Positions 49,607 to 62,630 of a stretch of 64,000 bases of DNA are shown one piece after another. How positions within the stretch are numbered: the first letter of the stretch is position 1; every line of letters begins with the position of its first letter. The position numbers and the translations under genes were made by a program. The notes under the pieces were generated by a model that was not told the DNA's origin, did no database searches, and saw only the letters and a list, made by a program, of their open reading frames with translations. This DNA comes from Octopus vulgaris (taxonomy: Eukaryota): assembly GCA_951406725.2 (NCBI GenBank), contig OX597819.1, positions 114,638,001 through 114,702,000 on the forward strand. Reading direction: 5' to 3'.

Positions 49607-50350
49607 ATTCTGATTTTCAAATTCTGCAGATCTCAGCTTTGGCTTTCATGCTTTCAAAATCAACAAAATAAGTGGCGGCGGCGGCTGCTGCTGCTGCAGC
49701 AACGATCTGGCAGAATTGTTAGCAGACTGGATGAAATGGTTGACTTTGCCTTTCATCCTTTTGGGGTTGATATATTAAGTACCAGTCAAGTACTGGGGTC
49801 AATGTAATCAACTTTCCTTTTCCCCAAAACTTCGGGCCTTGTGTCTACAGTTGAAAAGAATATTCTTCTTCTTCTTCTTCTTCTTCTTCTTCTTCTTCTT
49901 CTTGTATTAAAGTGGTGAGCTGGCAGAATCATTTGCCCACTGGACAAAAGCTTAGCTGTATTTCACCCATCACTCAGTTCTGAATTCAAATTCCGCTGAG
50001 GTCAACTTTGCCTTTCATCCTTTTAGAGTTGATAAAATATGCACCAGTTGAGCACTGGGGTTGATGTAATCCACTTACCCTGTCTCCCAATATTGCTGGC
50101 CTTGTGCCAAAATTTGAAATCATTATTATTTTTAAAGTGGTGAGCTGGTAGAATTATTAGTGTGACTGAAAGAATGCTAAGCAGTATTTCTTCCAGAACT
50201 TTACAATGTGTGTTCGCTCCCTGCAATGGTCAACTTTGCACTTCATTCTTTCATGGTCAATAAAATAAAGTACACATCAAGTGGAAGGTTTGATGTAAGT
50301 GAATTGGCTTTTCCCTTTGAAATTACTGGTCTTGTGCCAAAATGAGAAAG
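49408..50350 (+). mobile_element. Cluster of decayed tRNA-derived SINEs separated by (TTA)n and (CTT)n
   Basis: Repeated ggtgagctggcaga / gtcaactttgcctttcatcc motifs. Confidence 0.75.
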
Positions 50351-52124
50351 AATTGATACCTATTGATACCTGACTAATACTTCATTTTATCGACTGAGAA
50401 AGGATGAGAAGCACATTGGCAGTAAACTTAATCTTTCACCTTTCAGAGTCACCTCAAATTTGTTGTTAACTTTGTGCTTAAACTAGAAACAATTATTCTA
50501 CTACTTACCATTTTATTTAGCAGGGATTTTTTTCTTGAGGTTTGATGACAAGACCCCTCAAATCGTTTGAATAATAAGAATGATAATAAATATATAAACA
50601 AAAATATCCTTATTATAAAGAAATGTTTGCATCATGAAAGCATATTGACTCGGAATTTCAGAAATTGGCTCACAATCATGTCATAGGTTCAATTTCTAGC
50701 CTGGACAGTATGTTGTGTATTTTTTTAATGTGGCTTTTAGTTTATTATTTTTATCTACTGAACTGTAATAGGTTCTGGCCAGGGTACTGCTGCAGTCCTC
50801 TTTTCCTCCAGGTGTGTTACCTGGATGTTTTCCTGAGTCAAATACAAATGGCAGTGGGGGGTGAAAGAGGGTCTATATCTACTTGCATTTACAAAGGCTT
50901 CTAAAATAATTAGCAGAACTATTGTTCATATTCCAAAACTTATATGGTTACAAGTGACAATTGGCTGTACTTATTATAAAGAAATCATTATTATTATCAT
51001 TAGACATCATTTGACTACCAAAGTCACCTGAGAGCAGAATACTCACATACCACATCCCTTCCATTTCATTACCTTTGTCTTTCCTCCCCCACCCCAGGAC
51101 TACTTCCATTCCTTATTATCTTCCTCCAGTCATGCTCTCTCCTTTCGGCTGTACTCAATTCTTAACATTTCCTTTATCCTTTATCACTCCCAATGGCCTC
51201 ACATATCTAACATTACCTATCCACCTGGGCCACTCCTACATCTCTCCCTTTCATTTACAACAGTCACCTCTAACCCATCTCCTCACATCATTATGAGATT
51301 TTCCCCTCTGTCCCCTGTGCTCACACACCCAGTCCAACCCTCTGTGTCACTTCACCTATATTCATCCCACCACTGTACCTTGAGAGTATCTCTGGACATA
51401 TATCCACCACCATCTTCCTCACTATCCCCATCTCTTTCTCTCTAAGTCTCTCAGTCACTCCGTTCTCCAACTGGAGTATACTTGTACATCTTCTACATTG
51501 TGACACCTTTCTCTGCTCTGTTATTCATTCAACCTCTCATCAACTGGCACAGAGTCATCTCCCTTGATACTATTCCTCTCAATTAAGGAGATTGCCTTGT
51601 CTTGGAAGTTCCTTGATGACTCTGCTGGTTCCACAAAAAAGAGCACACATTATACTTTTTAGTGTTGGCATTAGGAAGGGCATCAAGCCATAGAGACCAT
51701 GTCAGAACAGACAATAGACTTTAGCCAGCTCTTGTCAAACTGTTCAGCATGGAAAACAGTTATTGAATGGTGGTTGTGGTGATAATGGTAGAGGTATTGT
51801 TTTTGTTATTGTTTACACTCTCAGACTGTTTTTGTAACACTAAAGTAGAGATGTTTTGGTTATAATCATATTAAATGTTAGACTTGACTCATAAATACAT
51901 TTAAGAAAGTCAACTAGAATACCGAAATCTTCACTTTCAGAATTAATTCTTTCCTTCCTTAAATCAGGTTTGAAGGCCCTGAAAATGGTCATACGCTTCA
52001 TTCTTCCTCATCTGATTAAACTATTAAAAACATTTTTTTCCAAATGAAAAATAAATAAATTTACTTATATAGCACTAGTCACAGCAATCGTGATAATAAT
52101 AATAATTCTTTCCATTATACACAT

Positions 52125-52405
52125 AAGACCTGGATATAATAATAAACAATATCAAACACGTATACACAAGGTATGTGGGTTTTGCCAGTTTGTGGGTAAG
52201 TTGTGATGTATATGTGTAAGAGAATATATTTTCATCAATTTGCTTGAATTCATCTGGGAGTCATAGTCTATGACTTCCAGGTGTTTTAATACCAGGCAAA
52301 TTGATGAGAATATATCCTCTTGTGCCTAGAAATTGCAGCCTGCACTCAAACTAGCAAAACACATTGTGTATATGTGTTTCATATAGTTTATATCTGTCAG
52401 GTGGC
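52125..52405. repeat. Imperfect palindrome of about 280 bp (probable foldback MITE)
   Basis: Centre gggagtcatag-t-ctatgacttcc, with arms pairing out to aaacacgtatacacaa / ttgtgtatatgtgttt. Confidence 0.75.
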
Positions 52406-52450
52406 TTGTCATTCATATTTGCATAATAGTAATAATAACGATGATGATTA

Positions 52451-52482
<32 letters not shown>

Positions 52483-52580
52483 GTAATAATAATAATAATA
52501 ATAATAATAGTAATAATAATAATAATAATAGTAATAGTAATAATAATAATAGTAATCATAATAATAATAATAATAATAAT

Positions 52581-53705
52581 CAAACAAACTAAACAGCTGA
52601 GACAGAAAGACAAGGAAGTTGCTGGCTAGATATGAGATACTCCACCCAAAAAGTGACACAGACAGACTGTATGTTCCAAGACAAAGAAGGGGAATAGGAC
52701 TGATTGGATGCAAACACAGCATTAGAGCAGAAGAAAACAACATAGCATGGTATGTACAAAATGCTACAGAAGCGCTATTATTAGAGGTAAGAAGGTCAGG
52801 CTTGTGTAGGATGGCAGATTGCAAAGATAAAGCACTGTACAAGCATTTGAGAATGAATGAAACTGAAAATAGGCGAATAAAGAAAAGAATGCATGGATAG
52901 TTTCATAGGATTGTTGATGATAAGACAGACAGAGAAAAAGATGGCTATGGATGACTAAAAGTAATTTAAAACCAGAAACGGAGGATCTAATCTGTGCTAC
53001 CCAAGAGCAAGCATTAAGAACCAGTTACATCAAATACAGAATAGACAACACATCAGAAAGTGATAAGTGCAGAATTTGTGGACAAAATAGTGGAACCGTA
53101 TGGCATATCACCAGTCAATATATGCCACTAACCCAGAAAGAATATACGAGATGTCATGACAATATAGCAAGGATTGTCCATTGGACACTTTGCAACAAGT
53201 ATGGACTTGATAGAGTAAAAACGTGGTACGAACAGAAACCCTAAGGCATCATCGAAAATGATAATGCAAAAAATCCTATGGGATTTTATGATTCAGTGCA
53301 AAAATGAGATAGACAATAGGATACCAGACATAGTGTTAATTGAGAAAGAAAGCAAACGATGCTGGATCATAGATATAGCATACCCAGCTGACAACAATTT
53401 ATGCGCTAAAGAAGAAAGAATAGTCGATAGATATAACAGGTTAGCTTGGGAGGTTAAGCAGTTGTGGTTGCTGAAAAACATGTTGGTAGATCCAATAATT
53501 GTCAGAGCCCTGGGAATAGTGAATAAAATCTTGAACAGTACATGGAACAAATAGGGGCTGCAATAAGGGTGGAGTACTTGCAGAAAACAGCGCTGCTTGA
53601 ATACTCTGGATGGTGCTCGAAAAATAAGGGCTATTACCTTAGTTCACTGGTAGTGAACAACTGACACTGTAGTACATCTTCAGCATAAGAAGCTGTGCAA
53701 AGACA
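52581..53705 (+). mobile_element. Dong/R4-clade LINE 3' part inserted in a (TAA)n microsatellite
   Basis: LHPKSDTDRLYVPRQRRGIGL, DKCRICG..HITSQ, RIPDIVLIEK..IIDIAYP. Flanked by (aat)n at 52430-52580 and 53706-53716, consistent with the known TAA targeting of Dong. Confidence 0.88.
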
Positions 53706-53992
53706 TAATAATAATACATGTTTAGTCTTGGTATGAAAGATGGGCTACAGCAAATATTCTGCTCAATACCAAAGATTTGCTTGTCACTTGTTTGACCTTA
53801 ACCAGTTGAATGTGTCCCTTGTTCGCTGATGATATGTACATCTTTGATTGGGAGCAGAAGTAGAGGGGGGAGCATCATAACCAGAGAACAACATCTCATA
53901 TCTGTGAAGATGGTGAAGGATTTGTACGCATCTCTTCCCAGGCATATTGAAGCAATTATTCAATCTGATGGAAGCCACACAAAATATTAATG

Positions 53993-54182
53993 TACTCTTT
54001 TACTCTCTTTTTTTTACTCTTTTACTTGTTTCAGTCATTTGACTGCGGCCATGCTGGAGCACCGCCTTTAGTACTTATTCTATCGGTCTCTTTTGCCGAA
54101 CCGCTAAGTGACGGGGACGTAAACACACCAGCATCAGTTGTCAAGCAATGCTAGAGGGACAAACACAGACACACAAACATAT

Positions 54183-54243
<61 letters not shown>

Positions 54244-54413
54244 TATATACGACAGGCTTCTTTCAGTTTCTGTCTACCAAATCCACTCACAAGGCTTTGG
54301 TCGGCCTGAGGCTATAGCAGAAGACACTTGCCCAAGATGCCACGCAGTGGGACTGAACCCAGAACCATGTGGCTGGTTAGCAAGCTACTTACCACACAGC
54401 CACTCCTGCGCCT
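53993..54413 (-). mobile_element. tRNA-derived SINE, same family as 48178-48705
   Basis: ttttacttgtttcagtcatttgactgcggcc...cttaccacacagccactcctgcgcct. Confidence 0.85.
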
Positions 54414-54789
54414 ATACAGTAACTTTTTGAAATGAATGTTATGTAATATATTTTTGTTATAGACATATTTCTGTTTTAAGACACTGTATCTTGATTGGTT
54501 TATGTGAGGTGGCGAAAATCTTTTGCACAGCCATTTTTGGTGGTCATCTTACATCTCTCATTCAGAACCCCCTCCTAGAAAATAAAATGATTAGGCATGG
54601 AAATTACTCCAACAGAACCAACATTTCATCTGTAAGAAACACAATCCGAAAGACCCACTTACAAGTTGGCAATTAGTAGAAATTTACAGTAGTTTAAAGT
54701 GTCCAAAGACTTTTGCATGGTACTGTACAAAATATCATGATAAAACAATGGCAAGGAAAGCCCTTCCATGGCAAATACTGGCATAAGTC

Positions 54790-55150
54790 AAACAGAAAAG
54801 AAATACAAAATGTGAAATCCCAACACTGGTTGACAAGCTGAAGACTCAAAGCAGAGATTGTAGAGTTTTTGATTGTGGCACAGGATTAAAGCCTCCCCAC
54901 CAGAAACCACCAAAAATACATAATGAAGAAAAATACAATAAGGAACTTCAGAATATATGAAGATGGGGAAGAAACAATAAATCATATTTTCTATGGCTGC
55001 CTAGTCCTGGCTAAGAAGGATTGTATCCACAGACATGACTGATTTGGGACCTACAAACATGGAAAGCTATGCCATCACTATGGAATGACAACAGAGAAAA
55101 GACTATATAGGCATATCCCAGAAAAGGTCTCAGAATATGACAAAGCAAAC
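54790..55150 (+). mobile_element. Decayed R4-like LINE fragment
   Basis: Broken frames FLIVAQD..LPTRNHQKYI..ETINHIFYGC.VLAKK..HRHD. Confidence 0.55.
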
Positions 55151-55154
55151 GTAT

Positions 55155-55562
55155 ACCTGCCAAAAGTTCACCAAACAAGTCTGGCATATAAATGTATAAA
55201 ACTCATAGAGTAAACTATTTAAGGCAAGTGATTTTTCTCCTTGTGCAGCTAGATATTGCTGCGCATATTCCTCTGAATGTTGTCTGCTTTTCAAAACATT
55301 CTGCTGCCAATTCCAGGAATCACACCACACTGGGGAAGGTGTCATTACAGTCCATTGTGTGATTAGGGTCACCACTTGTGTCACAGTAAAGCTCCAATAT
55401 TAAATCAAATTTCAGAAATATAAGTGTTTGAATCATCTTTCATACTTAAGTTTCCTAATTTTGTCCAATATTGTGATACTGGATTGTAAGATGAATCTGT
55501 TAAGTTCAAACAAGTAGGATGTATATTAATCTGTAACTTTCTACAAGCAGATTACCACACAA
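55155..55562 (+). promoter_or_regulatory. Second orphan GPCR upstream module
   Basis: Homologous to 6775-7080 and to the gene-upstream modules. It ends at the same taccac point. Confidence 0.6.
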
Positions 55563-55607
55563 CTTTTTTTCACCAATGGGATCCAAGCACAACGACAATA
55601 ATAATAA

Positions 55608-57038
55608 CAAGCGGTATAGCCTGGCTTTGCCTGGGATTAAGTTAGGATTATTAAGCTAATCAAGTTCTTTATTTCAAACTAATTTCAGAGATGTGGTTGT
55701 AGGCAAAGTAACATTGACGTCAAATTTGGGCAAAATCCATTGAAATTGGTAAACTTTTGACTGAAAATGAGTTGCAGACAACTTGATTGGGTAATCCCAT
55801 AAGGAATCAGTTTATCGATTTTTTTCCACTCATCGATTTTTTTTTTTTTTTTTTGTTTTTGGAGAACTTAAAGCATTCAAAGATCCCATGAGTCAAAGTA
55901 ATGCTGGCATCAAGTTTGAACAAAATACATCAAAATTGGTAAAAGTTATGGTTGAAAATGGGGTTTAGCCAATTTTATTGGGAAATCCTATAAGGAGTCA
56001 GTTTATTGATTTTTTTTTTTTATCCTGATTAAATAGAAAACCCTATAAGGAATCAGTTTATTGATTTTTCACCCCAAATAGGACTTAACCGAATACAATA
56101 TCGCTGATTCAAAAACATCTATATTTATACTTTCAAGTTAGTTTTCACACCCAACCCAGTTCTGCAGAATCAGTGTCGCGACGGGAGCGCATGGGTTGGG
56201 AGTTTGATTGGCAGAGGTGATCAGGTTGCACATGCCAGCCCTTTGGAAACATCACCCCCATCATCTAACTCCCCTTTGCCCATGGATTGGGAACCCTTTG
56301 GGCAAGGAAAATAGAATGCGCAAAAGGGCTCTCGATTCTCTGTGTGAGAAGCAGTTATGTTCAGATCACAACTAAGTATATCTATCTATAGCTCTGTCTG
56401 GCTTGCCAGCTCTGTCTGGCACCAGTGCGGGTGGCACGTAAAAAGCACCCACTACACTCACGGAGTGGTTGGCGTTAGGAAGGGCATCCAGCCGTAGAAA
56501 CACTGCCAGATTTGACTGGGCCTGATGAAGCCTTCTGGCTTCACAGACCCCAGTAGAACCGTCCAACCCATGCTAGCATGGAAAACGGACGCTAAACGAT
56601 GATGATGATGATGATGATGATGATATGGGCAACACTCATACACACACACACGTACGTACATACACCTATTGCATACATGTTCGTGTGTGTTTGTGTTTCC
56701 CGTATATCAACAAAACACTTTTTTCCTCGATGGAAAAAAAAACAACAAAAGTCTTAACAAAAACTTACTCGTCACTAGAAGGGGACTTAACACTTGATTG
56801 TAAACAATGGTGATTTCTTTGACTTGAAAATTGTTAAAAGTTTTGATTGCAAATTTATTTTTACTGCTATTCGCTAGTGCCCCTGGGAAAAATAAGTTGA
56901 CGAAAATACAGCTAGGATCATGACGAATGTCCTTCTAAAATTGGAGTGACATGCATGCTAACTTGTGGATGTGCATAAATTACATTCACGTACACACACA
57001 CACACACAAACATATATCCTGCCTTTTATATATACAGA
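55608..57038 (-). mobile_element. Helitron-like non-autonomous element with internal repeats and a nested RTE-tail element (56390-56625)
   Basis: Hairpin cctggctttgcctggg near one end and ttttatatatacaga at the other. Three taagga(a/g)tcagttta repeats. Terminal CTAG is degenerate. Confidence 0.45.
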
Positions 57039-58074
57039 CAATCCTTCCTGTTATAGGCACAAGGCCTGAAACTTTGGTGGGAGGTGATCTAGTTGATTGA
57101 CCTTAAAGGTACTTATTTTATTGACCCCGAAAGAATGAAAGGTAAATGTGAACTTGGCAGAATTTATTTGAACTCAGAATATATAGACAAACAAAATGTT
57201 ACTAAGCATTTTTCCTGGTGTGCAAATGATTCTGCCAGCTCACTTCATTGCTGCTACTAATAATAATTGATTGACTTTTGACATGGTTGAAACAACCAAT
57301 CCCAACCGGTCAGGATTAAAACCATGGGTTGTACTATTCATTCTTTCAGTCACGAGACCCCCCATTCAGGTGAAATTCCTGAGTCACTATCTCTCCCTTG
57401 TACACCTATCTGTCACAATCTTACCCATTAACAGCTAAGTGAACTGGAGTAATGGGAAATGAAATGTCTTGCTCAAGAATGCAATGCATGGTGTGTTTGG
57501 GAATCAAAAACACAATCCCACAATCGTGAGTTGAACACCTTAGTCACTAATCCATGCTCCTTTACATGATGATGATGATGATGGTGGTGGCGGCGGCAGC
57601 GGCGCGCCGGCCGTCGCCGCCGCTGCCACCGTCGTCGTCGTCAAATTAAACATAAAGGGAAAATATTTTGTGGGCATTTTGTTGATTCTCTTACATGTGG
57701 GATACTTAAATTATTGACAACCCAAGAAGGATGGTATGCAGATTTGACCCCAGTACAATTTAAATTCAGTATGTAAGGGGGTCATAATGAAAAACTGCAT
57801 GGAATTTTGTTCCGCAACCTATTCCACTGGCAATAATAATCCTTTCTAATAATCGGTGTTTCTAATTTAGGCAAAACAACAGCAATTTTGAAGCGATACA
57901 GTTAGTTGATGACACTGACCTCTATATTTAAATGAGACTTTCTTTTATTGACCTTGAAGGGATAGAAGGCTAAAATTTGTTTACAGAATTTGGATTTAGT
58001 TGGTACGAAACTAGAACAAATACTACAAGTATTTTATATAATGTTTTAGTGTTTCTGCTCATCCACTACTACTT

Positions 58075-58600
58075 ACATTGGGCCTAATGGAGGCAGTGAC
58101 ATCAAGCTGAGTGCGATCATAGTCATGGCCGATGCCAGTGTTGTGTAACAGGCCAGTTAAAAGCACCCTTCAATCATGCCATATACTGTGCTTGTGAAGA
58201 CCTGTTAAACCGAGTGAAATTCTAATCATGGCCAATGCCAGTGCCGTGTGACTGGCATATTTGCAGGCGACACATAAAAAGCACCATTCAAGTGTTGGGC
58301 CTCATGGTGGTAGTGACAGGCGACCAAGACCCTTGTTGATATACCGTGCTTGCGTTAACCTGTCAAGCAAAGTGAGACCATGTTGTGGCCAATGCTGGTC
58401 TCAGGTCAATGGCACCCATGCCAGTGGCATGTAAAAGGCACCCACTATACTCTCAGAATGGTTGGCATTCAGCTGTAGGAACCTTGCCAAATCAGATTGG
58501 AACTTAGTGCAGCCTCTGGCTTACCAGTCTTCAGTTAAACTGTCCAACCTATGCCAGCATGGAAAGCAGATGTTAAACGATGATGATGATCAATGATGAT
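58075..58600 (+). mobile_element. RTE 3'-UTR-derived repeat with (GAT)n tail
   Basis: Matches 38320-38690 (tgccagtggcatgtaaaa..cagattgg..atgccagcatggaaagc). Confidence 0.7.
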
Positions 58601-59450
58601 GATTCCAAATTTTGGTTCAAAGCCAGAAATTTGAGGGGAGGGTTTAAGTCAATTACATCAACCCCCAATACACAACTGATACATACATTATCAACCCTGA
58701 AAGGATGAAAGGCAAAGTCAACCTTGGTAGCATTTGAACTCAGAACATAAAGATGGATGAAATGCTGCTAAGCATTTTGTCTGGTCTGCCATCTTGCTGC
58801 CTTTAATAAAAATGGTAATATTCATAATAAGAATTGTTTCTAATTTTTAGAACAAAGCTAGCAGTTTTGAGTGAAGGGGATGTTGATGACATCAACCTCA
58901 GTGCTTGACTAGTACATATTTTATTGACCCTGAAGGCATAAAATGCAAAGTCAACATTTGGCACACTGGCACACCAAGTGTAAAATACCAGAACAAAAGC
59001 CACAGAACTTTTCTCTAACCTTCTGAAGATTGTGCCAGGTGAATGCCCTTAAATGATTTCTGATTTAGGCACAAGGCCAGCAATTTTAGAGGGAAAGTCT
59101 TCATCAAAACCATTGATCCCAGTGCTTTATTGATACTTTATTTTCTTACTCCTGGTGTCATGAAAGACAAATTTGATGTCTGCAGGATTTGAACTTAGAA
59201 TTTAAGGCATTGGAAGAAGTACCACAAGGCATTTTTTTCAACACTCTAACAACTCTGCGAATCCATCATAATTAAGGAATGTAATTTAGGAAACTGAAAA
59301 TGTTAGTATCATTTTTGTTAATTAGGTTTCCTAATTTTGTGCATAATTGTATTTAATTTGAATCTAATTAGTGATATAAAGTAGGATGTTTTTTAATCTG
59401 CCAACTTATACAAGTAGACTACTACACAAGTTATTGCATACTACATTGAT

Positions 59451-59484
<34 letters not shown>

Positions 59485-59739
59485 ACATGAACTTCGCACT
59501 GTAATTGTATCTCTGTTAGAATTCAACTGAGACAGAACAATTTTTGTTCTCCAGAATACAACCCAATAACGGATGATTTGCAGTCTTCTCATCATGCACT
59601 AATCAAGTTAGTTGCCTACAACCACATCTCTGAAATTATTATATAACTGCCTTATATTTACACAGACACACACACACACATATGAACACTCTATATGTGC
59701 ACATACTTAACTATAGATACGCCACATACTTGTTTCACC

Positions 59740-60663
59740 ATGAATGCAACACTATTCACTAATCCAGTTATATTTTCAAGAATAGTTGTTTTTAGTATCA
59801 TACCTTTCTTCCTAATTACGGGACTTATAGGTAACATGTTTGTGGCATATATTTACACACGTCAATCTCAGAAAAGCAATGTGGAAACATTCATCCTGTT
59901 ACTAGCAGTCATTGATCTGGTTGGATGTGGCTTTGGACTGCCACTGGAAATGGCTGAACTCTCCCTCGCAATTCATTCAAAATATTTGTGTAAACTGTAC
60001 AAGTTTGTTGTTTTCAGCTGTTGTCTTATGTCATCCCTTATTCTTCTTACAATTGCCATGGAGCGCTTCAGAAAAATATGCCATCCACTTCGCAAACAGC
60101 TTACTCCAAAACTACGCCGGATTCTTATAATTTTTATGGCAGTAACGTCAGTTGTAACATCACTACCAGTTATCTTCTACACTGACACTTTACCATTTTC
60201 CCAGGAATTGAAAGCCTATAAAGTCTGTGGTAGCAGTCTTAGTAATTCGTCTGCTTGGTCATATGCTGTAGCAGCATTGGTTGCTCACAGTATTTTTTTA
60301 CTGACCATGACTGTACTTTATTCTTTTGTCCAGAACACTATTACTCAGCGTTTGAAAAAACATCAAGGTAAAGAAGAAGCTTCAAAACAAGAAGGAATCA
60401 ATCGCACAAACATTGTACTTTTCTCAATCTCTGTTTTGTATTTTGTCAGTTTTTCACCACTCCTTGTCTTCTGCGTCATATATCCGTACTGCAAAGATTC
60501 TAATTTGTTGCAGATTTTGAAAGTAGTTTTTTATCGTACTTGGATACTAAACTCCTCCTTAAATCCCATGGTGTATGGATTCTGCAACAAAATATTCCGG
60601 AAAAGTTTTGTAAATATATTCACTAGGGGTAAGATTGTCTTTGAAATGGAGGAGAAATTTTAG
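59740..60663 (+). CDS. Intronless class A orphan GPCR, copy 8, 307 aa
   Basis: Start assigned to the conserved cttgtttcaccATG-NAT at 59740, not 59695. GN, LAVID, ERF, SFSP and NPMVY present. Confidence 0.95.
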   Translation: MNATLFTNPVIFSRIVVFSIIPFFLITGLIGNMFVAYIYTRQSQKSNVETFILLLAVIDLVGCGFGLPLEMAELSLAIHSKYLCKLYKFVVFSCCLMSSLILLTIAMERFRKICHPLRKQLTPKLRRILIIFMAVTSVVTSLPVIFYTDTLPFSQELKAYKVCGSSLSNSSAWSYAVAALVAHSIFLLTMTVLYSFVQNTITQRLKKHQGKEEASKQEGINRTNIVLFSISVLYFVSFSPLLVFCVIYPYCKDSNLLQILKVVFYRTWILNSSLNPMVYGFCNKIFRKSFVNIFTRGKIVFEMEEKF

Positions 60664-61280
60664 TATTTGGTTTACACCACATTTTCAATAGAGAGGAATA
60701 CTTCCAAGTACCAGAAGCATTCTCTTTGCTGACTGTTTCAAATGAAATACACTATTTTTTTTTTTTTCTGTGAAGTGTTGAAAATAACTGAAAGTTTGAG
60801 ATATTTTAATGAAATAACCAACTTCTTCCATTATTTTTCTGTTTGGACATAATTATATTTTCTTTCATGAAACTGGAATGTTTTAATTTAAATTTGAACA
60901 TTTTAAAAATATGCTGTTTGTATCCTTAACCCAGAGTCACTCTAAGGTAGGTTAGTATTAGAAAGGTCTATTTGAACTCTTGAACAATTTCTCTATTACA
61001 TATTTATTCTAGTTTCTGTTGTTTTATACTTTCTATAGACACATAACTGTTTGTGTAAGTCCTACTTTAAACCAAAAACTGTGTGGATCCTGCAGTTTAT
61101 GAATTAACATATTAAATCTATATGAAAAATTTACTGAAAAGCTAAAAAGAATATATTAAATTTCGTGTTTGCTATCTTATCATCAGCATAAAATTTCTAA
61201 ATTACTTATCAAATTTCTAAATTAGAAAGGAAGTAAAAAAGATGAGTGTCTTGTCATCGTCACCATTGTTATCCTTATTG

Positions 61281-61316
<36 letters not shown>

Positions 61317-62630
61317 ACGTCATCATTGGCACTTTTATGTCCACTTTTCCTTACTTGCACAAGCTTTATGAGTCCTCCCCAACACAGCATAATGATACAC
61401 TTGGCTTCTCTCTGTGATCTTTGTGATGATCAGTATCCTGAGTTTTGTCTTCACCCCTTCCACAGTTTCTCTCTATGTGGGTCTTCTGGCACTTCTTCTT
61501 TGACAATTGCATTGGTATGGACTAAAATTATTTTTGATTAATCGGACATATTTTTAGGAATTCTGAAACAATGTCAAAACTAATAACAATTTAGATGTCC
61601 CTTTCTATGAAAATGTTTACCATTTTTTGCTGAGCAGAAATTTATTGTTAAACCCTACAATTCTTCGATCTTGTGTTTTAAAAATGAGTGTCTTGTCATC
61701 ATCACCATTGTCATCATCGTCATCGTCATCATCATCATCATCATCATCATCAACAACAACAACAACAACTTCTTCATCATTGACACTTTTATAGCCAAGT
61801 CACTTTTATCCTAATTAAAGAAATAAACCCTTTCAGAGTGGTAATTAACATCATTATTGTCTCACATTTCAACATTTCTCAAACGTCTTTGGTATATGCA
61901 ATGTTATATTATGCTTATTTGTGTGTGAGTCTGTTTTAATGTGTTTGATATAATCCAGTTTCTGGTAAGGATTATAATAATGGTTAATACATGAATTTAT
62001 GTAACCCAGTAGGATGACAAAGTTGACGTTGATATAATTTACATTTAGAACATAAAAAAAAGTACAAGCATTTTACCAAAACTGTTATGATTCCACTAAT
62101 CTATCATAATTAACAGCCTAATTAAGTAAAATGAGAGCGTCGACGTTGCTATTGAAGTTTCCTAATTATGTATTTATTTATGAATTACTGATTTGTTAAG
62201 TTCTTTTTGTATCTAATTAGTAAGACAAAACAGGATATTTATTAATGTGTAACTTTATTTAAACAGAAACCACACAAGCTATTGCATATTACTTTGATAG
62301 CTCTCTCAGGGTGTTTATTTCACATTTTAATTGTATTTGTGTAAGAACTCATCTAAAACAACAGAACAATTTTTGTTCTCCAAGATACATTCTAGGATTA
62401 TGGATGATTTTCAGTCTGCTGTTAATACACTAATCAAGTTATTTGCCTACTAGGACATCTCTGAAATTATTGCATAACTGCGTTATATATATATATATAT
62501 ATATATATACATACATACACACACACATACACACACACACGCACACATACACACACATTGACACTCACTCACACACACACATGCACATTATACTTACTAA
62601 ACTGTAGATAAATTACATACTTGTTTCACC

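Noticed and set aside
55795-56070. Spaced short direct repeats resembling a CRISPR array
   Set aside because: Eukaryotic context, only three degenerate repeats with irregular spacing inside a TE, and no cas genes.
59695-59739. 15-aa N-terminal extension of copy 8
   Set aside because: All paralogs start at the conserved cttgtttca(a/c)cATG-NA. The upstream ATG lies in the variable TA/CA tract.
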